Origin: the human T2T-CHM13v2.0 reference genome, Homo sapiens
Strand: one strand, 5' to 3'
Assembly (NCBI RefSeq): GCF_009914755.1
Contig: NC_060931.1
Length of the DNA stretch: 64,000 bases
The translations under genes were made by a program, and so were the position numbers. The notes under the pieces are model-generated. The model was not told the DNA's origin. It did not search any database and was given only the letters and a program-made list of their open reading frames with translations. This document shows positions 53,201 to 64,000 of this stretch, one piece after another; within the stretch, counting starts at the first letter, position 1; every line of letters begins with the position of its first letter.

Positions 53201-56200
53201 ATGCCAACAGTAGAAAGGGAAATATCTTCAAATAAAAACCAGACAGAATCATTCTCAGAAAATTCTTTGTGATGTGTGCGTTCAACTCACATAGTTTAAC
53301 CTTTCTTTTCATAGAGCAGTTTGGAAACACTCTGTTTGTAAAGTCTGCAAGTGGATATATGGACCGCATTGAGGCCTTCGTTGGAAACGGGATTTCTTCA
53401 TTTCATGCTAGACAGAAGAATTCTCAGTAACTTCTTTGTGCTGTGTGTATTCAACTCACAGAGTGGAACGTCCCTTTGCACAGAGCAGATTTGAAACACT
53501 CTTTTTGTGGAGTTTGCAAGTGGAGATTTCAAGCGATTTGATGCCAACAGTAGAAAAGGAAATATCTTCAAATAAAAACTAGACAGAATCATTCTCAGAA
53601 ACTACTTTGTGATGTGTGCCTTCAACTCACAGAGTTCAACCTTTCTTTTCTTAGAGCAGTTTAGAAACACTCTGCTTGTTATGTCTGCAAGTGGATATTT
53701 GGACCTCTTTGAGGCCTTCGTTGCAAACGGGGTTTCTTCCTTTCATGCTAGACTAAGAAGAGTTCTCAGTAACTTTTTTGTGTTGTGTGTATTCAACTCA
53801 CAGAGTTGAACCTTGCTTTAGAGAGAGCAGATTTGAAACACTCTTGCTGTGGCATTTTCAGGTGGAGATTTCAAGCGATTTGAGGACAATTGCAGAAAAG
53901 GAAATATCTTCGTATAATAACCAGACAGAATCATTCTCAGAAAGTGCTTTGTGATGTGTGCGTTCAACTCACAGAGTTTAACCTTTCTTTTCATAGAGGA
54001 GTTTGGAAACACACTGTTTGTAAAGTCTGCAAGTGGATACATGGACCTGTTTGAGGCCTTCGTTGGAAACGGGATTTCTTCATTGAATGCTAGACGGAAG
54101 AATTCTCAGTAAATTCTTTGTGTTGTGTGCATTCAACTCACAGAGTGGAACGTCCCTTTAGACACAGCAGATTTGAAACACTCTTTTTGCGGAATTTGCA
54201 AGTGGAGATTTCTAGCCATTTGATGCCAACAGTAGAAAGGGAAATATCTTCAAATAAAAACCAGACAGAATCATTCTCAGAAAATTCTTTGTGATGTGTG
54301 CGTTCAACTCACATAGTTTAACCTTTCTTTTCATAGAGCAGTTTGGAAACACTCTGTTTGTAAAGTCTGCAAGTGGATATATGGACCGCATTGAGGCCTT
54401 CGTTGGAAACGGGATTTCTTCATTTCATGCTAGACAGAAGAATTCTCAGTAACTTCTTTGTGCTGTGTGTATTCAACTCACAGAGTGGAACGTCCCTTTG
54501 CACAGAGCAGATTTGAAACACTCTTTTTGTGGAGTTTGCAAGTGGAGATTTCAAGCGATTTGATGCCAACAGTAGAAAAGGAAATATCTTCAAATAAAAA
54601 CTAGACAGAATCATTCTCAGAAACTACTTTGTGATGTGTGCCTTCAACTCACAGAGTTCAACCTTTCTTTTCTTAGAGCAGTTTAGAAACACTCTGCTTG
54701 TTATGTCTGCAAGTGGATATTTGGACCTCTTTGAGGCCTTCGTTGCAAACGGGGTTTCTTCCTTTCATGCTAGACTAAGAAGAGTTCTCAGTAACTTTTT
54801 TGTGTTGTGTGTATTCAACTCACAGAGTTGAACCTTGCTTTAGAGAGAGCAGATTTGAAACACTCTTGCTGTGGCATTTTCAGGTGGAGATTTCAAGCGA
54901 TTTGAGGACAATTGCAGAAAAGGAAATATCTTCGTATAATAACCAGACAGAATCATTCTCAGAAAGTGCTTTGTGATGTGTGCGTTCAACTCACAGAGTT
55001 TAACCTTTCTTTTCATAGAGGAGTTTGGAAACACACTGTTTGTAAAGTCTGCAAGTGGATACATGGACCTGTTTGAGGCCTTCGTTGGAAACGGGATTTC
55101 TTCATTGAATGCTAGACGGAAGAATTCTCAGTAAATTCTTTGTGTTGTGTGCATTCAACTCACAGAGTGGAACGTCCCTTTAGACACAGCAGATTTGAAA
55201 CACTCTTTTTGCGGAATTTGCAAGTGGAGATTTCTAGCCATTTGATGCCAACAGTAGAAAGGGAAATATCTTCAAATAAAAACCAGACAGAATCATTCTC
55301 AGAAAATTCTTTGTGATGTGTGCGTTCAACTCACATAGTTTAACCTTTCTTTTCATAGAGCAGTTTGGAAACACTCTGTTTGTAAAGTCTGCAAGTGGAT
55401 ATATGGACCGCATTGAGGCCTTCGTTGGAAACGGGATTTCTTCATTTCATGCTAGACAGAAGAATTCTCAGTAACTTCTTTGTGCTGTGTGTATTCAACT
55501 CACAGAGTGGAACGTCCCTTTGCACAGAGCAGATTTGAAACACTCTTTTTGTGGAGTTTGCAAGTGGAGATTTCAAGCGATTTGATGCCAACAGTAGAAA
55601 AGGAAATATCTTCAAATAAAAACTAGACAGAATCATTCTCAGAAACTACTTTGTGATGTGTGCCTTCAACTCACAGAGTTTAACCTTTCTTTTCTTAGAG
55701 CAGTTTAGAAACACTCTGCTTGTTACGTCTGCAAGTGGATATTTGGACCTCTTTGAGGCCTTCGTTGCAAACGGGGTTTCTTCCTTTCATGCTAGACTAA
55801 GAAGAGTTCTCAGTAACTTTTTTGTGTTGTGTGTATTCAACTCACAGAGTTGAACCTTGCTTTAGAGAGAGCAGATTTGAAACACTCTTGCTGTGGCATT
55901 TTCAGGTGGAGATTTCAAGCGATTTGAGGACAATTGCAGAAAAGGAAATATCTTCGTATAATAACCAGACAGAATCATTCTCAGAAAGTGCTTTGTGATG
56001 TGTGCGTTCAACTCACAGAGTTTAACCTTTCTTTTCATAGAGGAGTTTGGAAACACACTGTTTGTAAAGTCTGCAAGTGGATACATGGACCTGTTTGAGG
56101 CCTTCGTTGGAAACGGGATTTCTTCATTGAATGCTAGACGGAAGAATTCTCAGTAAATTCTTTGTGTTGTGTGCATTCAACTCACAGAGTGGAACGTCCC

Positions 56201-59200
56201 TTTAGACACAGCAGATTTGAAACACTCTTTTTGCGGAATTTGCAAGTGGAGATTTCTAGCCATTTGATGCCAACAGTAGAAAGGGAAATATCTTCAAATA
56301 AAAACCAGACAGAATCATTCTCAGAAAATTCTTTGTGATGTGTGCGTTCAACTCACATAGTTTAACCTTTCTTTTCATAGAGCAGTTTGGAAACACTCTG
56401 TTTGTAAAGTCTGCAAGTGGATATATGGACCGCATTGAGGCCTTCGTTGGAAACGGGATTTCTTCATTTCATGCTAGACAGAAGAATTCTCAGTAACTTC
56501 TTTGTGCTGTGTGTATTCAACTCACAGAGTGGAACGTCCCTTTGCACAGAGCAGATTTGAAACACTCTTTTTGTGGAGTTTGCAAGTGGAGATTTCAAGC
56601 GATTTGATGCCAACAGTAGAAAAGGAAATATCTTCAAATAAAAACTAGACAGAATCATTCTCAGAAACTACTTTGTGATGTGTGCCTTCAACTCACAGAG
56701 TTCAACCTTTCTTTTCTTAGAGCAGTTTAGAAACACTCTGCTTGTTATGTCTGCAAGTGGATATTTGGACCTCTTTGAGGCCTTCGTTGCAAACGGGGTT
56801 TCTTCCTTTCATGCTAGACTAAGAAGAGTTCTCAGTAACTTTTTTGTGTTGTGTGTATTCAACTCACAGAGTTGAACCTTGCTTTAGAGAGAGCAGATTT
56901 GAAACACTCTTGCTGTGGCATTTTCAGGTGGAGATTTCAAGCGATTTGAGGACAATTGCAGAAAAGGAAATATCTTCGTATAATAACCAGACAGAATCAT
57001 TCTCAGAAAGTGCTTTGTGATGTGTGCGTTCAACTCACAGAGTTTAACCTTTCTTTTCATAGAGGAGTTTGGAAACACACTGTTTGTAAAGTCTGCAAGT
57101 GGATACATGGACCTGTTTGAGGCCTTCGTTGGAAACGGGATTTCTTCATTGAATGCTAGACGGAAGAATTCTCAGTAAATTCTTTGTGTTGTGTGCATTC
57201 AACTCACAGAGTGGAACGTCCCTTTAGACAGAGCAGATTTGAAACACTCTTTTTGCGGAATTTGCAAGTGGAGATTTCTAGCCATTTGATGCCAACAGTA
57301 GAAAGGGAAATATCTTCAAATAAAAACCAGACAGAATCATTCTCAGAAAATTCTTTGTGATGTGTGCGTTCAACTCACATAGTTTAACCTTTCTTTTCAT
57401 AGAGCAGTTTGGAAACACTCTGTTTGTAAAGTCTGCAAGTGGATATATGGACCGCATTGAGGCCTTCGTTGGAAACGGGATTTCTTCATTTCATGCTAGA
57501 CAGAAGAATTCTCAGTAACTTCTTTGTGCTGTGTGTATTCAACTCACAGAGTGGAACGTCCCTTTGCACAGAGCAGATTTGAAACACTCTTTTTGTGGAG
57601 TTTGCAAGTGGAGATTTCAAGCGATTTGATGCCAACAGTAGAAAAGGAAATATCTTCAAATAAAAACTAGACAGAATCATTCTCAGAAACTACTTTGTGA
57701 TGTGTGCCTTCAACTCACAGAGTTCAACCTTTCTTTTCTTAGAGCAGTTTAGAAACACTCTGCTTGTTATGTCTGCAAGTGGATATTTGGACCTCTTTGA
57801 GGCCTTCGTTGCAAACGGGGTTTCTTCCTTTCATGCTAGACTAAGAAGAGTTCTCAGTAACTTTTTTGTGTTGTGTGTATTCAACTCACAGAGTTGAACC
57901 TTGCTTTAGAGAGAGCAGATTTGAAACACTCTTGCTGTGGCATTTTCAGGTGGAGATTTCAAGCGATTTGAGGACAATTGCAGAAAAGGAAATATCTTCG
58001 TATAATAACCAGACAGAATCATTCTCAGAAAGTGCTTTGTGATGTGTGCGTTCAACTCACAGAGTTTAACCTTTCTTTTCATAGAGGAGTTTGGAAACAC
58101 ACTGTTTGTAAAGTCTGCAAGTGGATACATGGACCTGTTTGAGGCCTTCGTTGGAAACGGGATTTCTTCATTGAATGCTAGACGGAAGAATTCTCAGTAA
58201 ATTCTTTGTGTTGTGTGCATTCAACTCACAGAGTGGAACGTCCCTTTAGACACAGCAGATTTGAAACACTCTTTTTGCGGAATTTGCAAGTGGAGATTTC
58301 TAGCCATTTGATGCCAACAGTAGAAAGGGAAATATCTTCAAATAAAAACCAGACAGAATCATTCTCAGAAAATTCTTTGTGATGTGTGCGTTCAACTCAC
58401 ATAGTTTAACCTTTCTTTTCATAGAGCAGTTTGGAAACACTCTGTTTGTAAAGTCTGCAAGTGGATATATGGACCGCATTGAGGCCTTCGTTGGAAACGG
58501 GATTTCTTCATTTCATGCTAGACAGAAGAATTCTCAGTAACTTCTTTGTGCTGTGTGTATTCAACTCACAGAGTGGAACGTCCCTTTGCACAGAGCAGAT
58601 TTGAAACACTCTTTTTGTGGAGTTTGCAAGTGGAGATTTCAAGCGATTTGATGCCAACAGTAGAAAAGGAAATATCTTCAAATAAAAACTAGACAGAATC
58701 ATTCTCAGAAACTACTTTGTGATGTGTGCCTTCAACTCACAGAGTTCAACCTTTCTTTTCTTAGAGCAGTTTAGAAACACTCTGCTTGTTATGTCTGCAA
58801 GTGGATATTTGGACCTCTTTGAGGCCTTCGTTGCAAACGGGGTTTCTTCCTTTCATGCTAGACTAAGAAGAGTTCTCAGTAACTTTTTTGTGTTGTGTGT
58901 ATTCAACTCACAGAGTTGAACCTTGCTTTAGAGAGAGCAGATTTGAAACACTCTTGCTGTGGCATTTTCAGGTGGAGATTTCAAGCGATTTGAGGACAAT
59001 TGCAGAAAAGGAAATATCTTCGTATAATAACCAGACAGAATCATTCTCAGAAAGTGCTTTGTGATGTGTGCGTTCAACTCACAGAGTTTAACCTTTCTTT
59101 TCATAGAGGAGTTTGGAAACACACTGTTTGTAAAGTCTGCAAGTGGATACATGGACCTGTTTGAGGCCTTCGTTGGAAACGGGATTTCTTCATTGAATGC

Positions 59201-62200
59201 TAGACGGAAGAATTCTCAGTAAATTCTTTGTGTTGTGTGCATTGAACTCACAGAGTGGAACGTCCCTTTAGACAGAGCAGATTTGAAACACTCTTTTTGC
59301 GGAATTTGCAAGTGGAGATTTCTAGCCATTTGATGCCAACAGTAGAAAGGGAAATATCTTCAAATAAAAACCAGACAGAATCATTCTCAGAAAATTCTTT
59401 GTGATGTGTGCGTTCAACTCACATAGTTTAACCTTTCTTTTCATAGAGCAGTTTGGAAACACTCTGTTTGTAAAGTCTGCAAGTGGATATATGGACCGCA
59501 TTGAGGCCTTCGTTGGAAACGGGATTTCTTCATTTCATGCTAGACAGAAGAATTCTCAGTAACTTCTTTGTGCTGTGTGTATTCAACTCACAGAGTGGAA
59601 CGTCCCTTTGCACAGAGCAGATTTGAAACACTCTTTTTGTGGAGTTTGCAAGTGGAGATTTCAAGCGATTTGATGCCTACAGTAGAAAAGGAAATATCTT
59701 CAAATAAAAACTAGACAGAATCATTCTCAGAAACTACTTTGTGATGTGTGCCTTCAACTCACAGAGTTTAACCTTTCTTTTCTTAGAGCAGTTTAGAAAC
59801 ACTCTGCTTGTTATGTCTGCAAGTGGATATTTGGACCTCTTTGAGGCCTTCGTTGCAAACGGGGTTTCTTCCTTTCATGCTAGACTAAGAAGAGTTCTCA
59901 GTAACTTTTTTGTGTTGTGTGTATTCAACTCACAGAGTTGAACCTTGCTTTAGAGAGAGCAGATTTGAAACACTCTTGCTGTGGCATTTTCAGGTGGAGA
60001 TTTCAAGCGATTTGAGGACAATTGCAGAAAAGGAAATATCTTCGTATAATAACCAGACAGAATCATTCTCAGAAAGTGCTTTGTGATGTGTGCGTTCAAC
60101 TCACAGAGTTTAACCTTTCTTTTCATAGAGGAGTTTGGAAACACACTGTTTGTAAAGTCTGCAAGTGGATACATGGACCTGTTTGAGGCCTTCGTTGGAA
60201 ACGGGATTTCTTCATTGAATGCTAGACGGAAGAATTCTCAGTAAATTCTTTGTGTTGTGTGCATTCAACTCACAGAGTGGAACGTCCCTTTAGACACAGC
60301 AGATTTGAAACACTCTTTTTGCGGAATTTGCAAGTGGAGATTTCTAGCCATTTGATGCCAACAGTAGAAAGGGAAATATCTTCAAATAAAAACCAGACAG
60401 AATCATTCTCAGAAAATTCTTTGTGATGTGTGCGTTCAACTCACATAGTTTAACCTTTCTTTTCATAGAGCAGTTTGGAAACACTCTGTTTGTAAAGTCT
60501 GCAAGTGGATATATGGACCGCATTGAGGCCTTCGTTGGAAACGGGATTTCTTCATTTCATGCTAGACAGAAGAATTCTCAGTAACTTCTTTGTGCTGTGT
60601 GTATTCAACTCACAGAGTGGAACGTCCCTTTGCACAGAGCAGATTTGAAACACTCTTTTTGTGGAGTTTGCAAGTGGAGATTTCAAGCGATTTGATGCCA
60701 ACAGTAGAAAAGGAAATATCTTCAAATAAAAACTAGACAGAATCATTCTCAGAAACTACTTTGTGATGTGTGCCTTCAACTCACAGAGTTCAACCTTTCT
60801 TTTCTTAGAGCAGTTTAGAAACACTCTGCTTGTTATGTCTGCAAGTGGATATTTGGACCTCTTTGAGGCCTTCGTTGCAAACGGGGTTTCTTCCTTTCAT
60901 GCTAGACTAAGAAGAGTTCTCAGTAACTTTTTTGTGTTGTGTGTATTCAACTCACAGAGTTGAACCTTGCTTTAGAGAGAGCAGATTTGAAACACTCTTG
61001 CTGTGGCATTTTCAGGTGGAGATTTCAAGCGATTTGAGGACAATTGCAGAAAAGGAAATATCTTCGTATAATAACCAGACAGAATCATTCTCAGAAAGTG
61101 CTTTGTGATATGTGCGTTCAACTCACAGAGTTTAACCTTTCTTTTCATAGAGGAGTTTGGAAACACACTGTTTGTAAAGTCTGCAAGTGGATACATGGAC
61201 CTGTTTGAGGCCTTCGTTGGAAACGGGATTTCTTCATTGAATGCTAGACGGAAGAATTCTCAGTAAATTCTTTGTGTTGTGTGCATTCAACTCACAGAGT
61301 GGAACGTCCCTTTAGACAGAGCAGATTTGAAACACTCTTTTTGCGGAATTTGCAAGTGGAGATTTCTAGCCATTTGATGCCAACAGTAGAAAGGGAAATA
61401 TCTTCAAATAAAAACCAGACAGAATCATTCTCAGAAAATTCTTTGTGATGTGTGCGTTCAACTCACATAGTTTAACCTTTCTTTTCATAGAGCAGTTTGG
61501 AAACACTCTGTTTGTAAAGTCTGCAAGTGGATATATGGACCGCATTGAGGCCTTCGTTGGAAACGGGATTTCTTCATTTCATGCTAGACAGAAGAATTCT
61601 CAGTAACTTCTTTGTGCTGTGTGTATTCAACTCACAGAGTGGAACGTCCCTTTGCACAGAGCAGATTTGAAACACTCTTTTTGTGGAGTTTGCAAGTGGA
61701 GATTTCAAGCGATTTGATGCCAACAGTAGAAAAGGAAATATCTTCAAATAAAAACTAGACAGAATCATTCTCAGAAACTACTTTGTGATGTGTGCCTTCA
61801 ACTCACAGAGTTCAACCTTTCTTTTCTTAGAGCAGTTTAGAAACACTCTGCTTGTTATGTCTGCAAGTGGATATTTGGACCTCTTTGAGGCCTTCGTTGC
61901 AAACGGGGTTTCTTCCTTTCATGCTAGACTAAGAAGAGTTCTCAGTAACTTTTTTGTGTTGTGTGTATTCAACTCACAGAGTTGAACCTTGCTTTAGAGA
62001 GAGCAGATTTGAAACACTCTTGCTGTGGCATTTTCAGGTGGAGATTTCAAGCGATTTGAGGACAATTGCAGAAAAGGAAATATCTTCGTATAATAACCAG
62101 ACAGAATCATTCTCAGAAAGTGCTTTGTGATGTGTGCGTTCAACTCACAGAGTTTAACCTTTCTTTTCATAGAGGAGTTTGGAAACACACTGTTTGTAAA

Positions 62201-64000
62201 GTCTGCAAGTGGATACATGGACCTGTTTGAGGCCTTCGTTGGAAACGGGATTTCTTCATTGAATGCTAGACGGAAGAATTCTCAGTAAATTCTTTGTGTT
62301 GTGTGCATTCAACTCACAGAGTGGAACGTCCCTTTAGACACAGCAGATTTGAAACACTCTTTTTGCGGAATTTGCAAGTGGAGATTTCTAGCCATTTGAT
62401 GCCAACAGTAGAAAGGGAAATATCTTCAAATAAAAACCAGACAGAATCATTCTCAGAAAATTCTTTGTGATGTGTGCGTTCAACTCACATAGTTTAACCT
62501 TTCTTTTCATAGAGCAGTTTGGAAACACTCTGTTTGTAAAGTCTGCAAGTGGATATATGGACCGCATTGAGGCCTTCGTTGGAAACGGGATTTCTTCATT
62601 TCATGCTAGACAGAAGAATTCTCAGTAACTTCTTTGTGCTGTGTGTATTCAACTCACAGAGTGGAACGTCCCTTTGCACAGAGCAGATTTGAAACACTCT
62701 TTTTGTGGAGTTTGCAAGTGGAGATTTCAAGCGATTTGATGCCAACAGTAGAAAAGGAAATATCTTCAAATAAAAACTAGACAGAATCATTCTCAGAAAC
62801 TACTTTGTGATGTGTGCCTTCAACTCACAGAGTTCAACCTTTCTTTTCTTAGAGCAGTTTAGAAACACTCTGCTTGTTATGTCTGCAAGTGGATATTTGG
62901 ACCTCTTTGAGGCCTTCGTTGCAAACGGGGTTTCTTCCTTTCATGCTAGACTAAGAAGAGTTCTCAGTAACTTTTTTGTGTTGTGTGTATTCAACTCACA
63001 GAGTTGAACCTTGCTTTAGAGAGAGCAGATTTGAAACACTCTTGCTGTGGCATTTTCAGGTGGAGATTTCAAGCGATTTGAGGACAATTGCAGAAAAGGA
63101 AATATCTTCGTATAATAACCAGACAGAATCATTCTCAGAAAGTGCTTTGTGATGTGTGCGTTCAACTCACAGAGTTTAACCTTTCTTTTCATAGAGGAGT
63201 TTGGAAACACACTGTTTGTAAAGTCTGCAAGTGGATACATGGACCTGTTTGAGGCCTTCGTTGGAAACGGGATTTCTTCATTGAATGCTAGACGGAAGAA
63301 TTCTCAGTAAATTCTTTGTGTTGTGTGCATTCAACTCACAGAGTGGAACGTCCCTTTAGACAGAGCAGATTTGAAACACTCTTTTTGCGGAATTTGCAAG
63401 TGGAGATTTCTAGCCATTTGATGCCAACAGTAGAAAGGGAAATATCTTCAAATAAAAACCAGACAGAATCATTCTCAGAAAATTCTTTGTGATGTGTGCG
63501 TTCAACTCACATAGTTTAACCTTTCTTTTCATAGAGCAGTTTGGAAACACTCTGTTTGTAAAGTCTGCAAGTGGATATATGGACCGCATTGAGGCCTTCG
63601 TTGGAAACGGGATTTCTTCATTTCATGCTAGACAGAAGAATTCTCAGTAACTTCTTTGTGCTGTGTGTATTCAACTCACAGAGTGGAACGTCCCTTTGCA
63701 CAGAGCAGATTTGAAACACTCTTTTTGTGGAGTTTGCAAGTGGAGATTTCAAGCGATTTGATGCCAACAGTAGAAAAGGAAATATCTTCAAATAAAAACT
63801 AGACAGAATCATTCTCAGAAACTACTTTGTGATGTGTGCCTTCAACTCACAGAGTTTAACCTTTCTTTTCTTAGAGCAGTTTAGAAACACTCTGCTTGTT
63901 ACGTCTGCAAGTGGATATTTGGACCTCTTTGAGGCCTTCGTTGCAAACGGGGTTTCTTCCTTTCATGCTAGACTAAGAAGAGTTCTCAGTAACTTTTTTG

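Larger units (their letters stand above)
1..64000 (+). repeat. Centromeric alpha-satellite array, 1022-bp 6-monomer higher-order repeat, ~62 copies, suprachromosomal family 1 (dimeric, CENP-B box in alternate monomers)
   Basis: Alphoid hallmarks (CATTCTCAGAAA, TTCAACTCACAGAG, TTTGAAACACTC, CTTCGTTGGAAACGGGA) recur every ~170/340 bp. The exact period is 1022 bp (atgtctgcaagtggatatttgg at 1, 1023, 2045...; ORF track repeats at +1022). The period deviates only at two 2-bp deletions and two 270-bp insertions. Confidence 0.99.

Noticed and set aside
138-63812. About 180 short ORFs (64-74 aa) repeated every 1022 bp on both strands
   Set aside because: Chance reading frames of alpha satellite. They open and close with single satellite variants, many use non-ATG starts, and they show no domain or gene structure.
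1-64000. CRISPR-like regular spacing of a 17-bp motif
   Set aside because: The motif is the CENP-B box, the intervening sequences are repeats rather than unique spacers, and there are no cas genes.
1-64000. Possible L1/Alu insertion, inversion or non-alphoid island
   Set aside because: The phase is fully accounted for: 36 + 62x1022 + 2x270 - 2x2 = 63936 for the last paralogue-1 box. All boxes are on the + strand, and there are no poly-A tails or foreign sequence.

Overview
The whole 64 kb window is one uninterrupted, head-to-tail primate centromeric alpha-satellite array with no genes, mobile elements or inversions that I could see. Monomers of about 170 bp form three ~340 bp dimers (342+340+340) in a 1022-bp 6-mer higher-order repeat (HOR), present about 62 times with only a few differences per copy. 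A CENP-B box sits in every second monomer (suprachromosomal family 1 organisation). The unit length, the EcoRI 340/682 pattern and the diagnostic strings best fit the human chromosome 7 active array D7Z1 (from recall, not a database search). All listed ORFs are repeat artefacts, and I found no new protein-coding system. The informative content is structural. There is an out-of-register 270-bp microhomology duplication carried in a near-perfect 4358-bp tandem 'super-HOR' duplication. There are also nested 2-, 3- and 4-HOR duplications, CENP-B box losses confined to one of the three box paralogues, and a shift in HOR haplotype near 37.5 kb. Variants were found by eye, so the lists may be incomplete.
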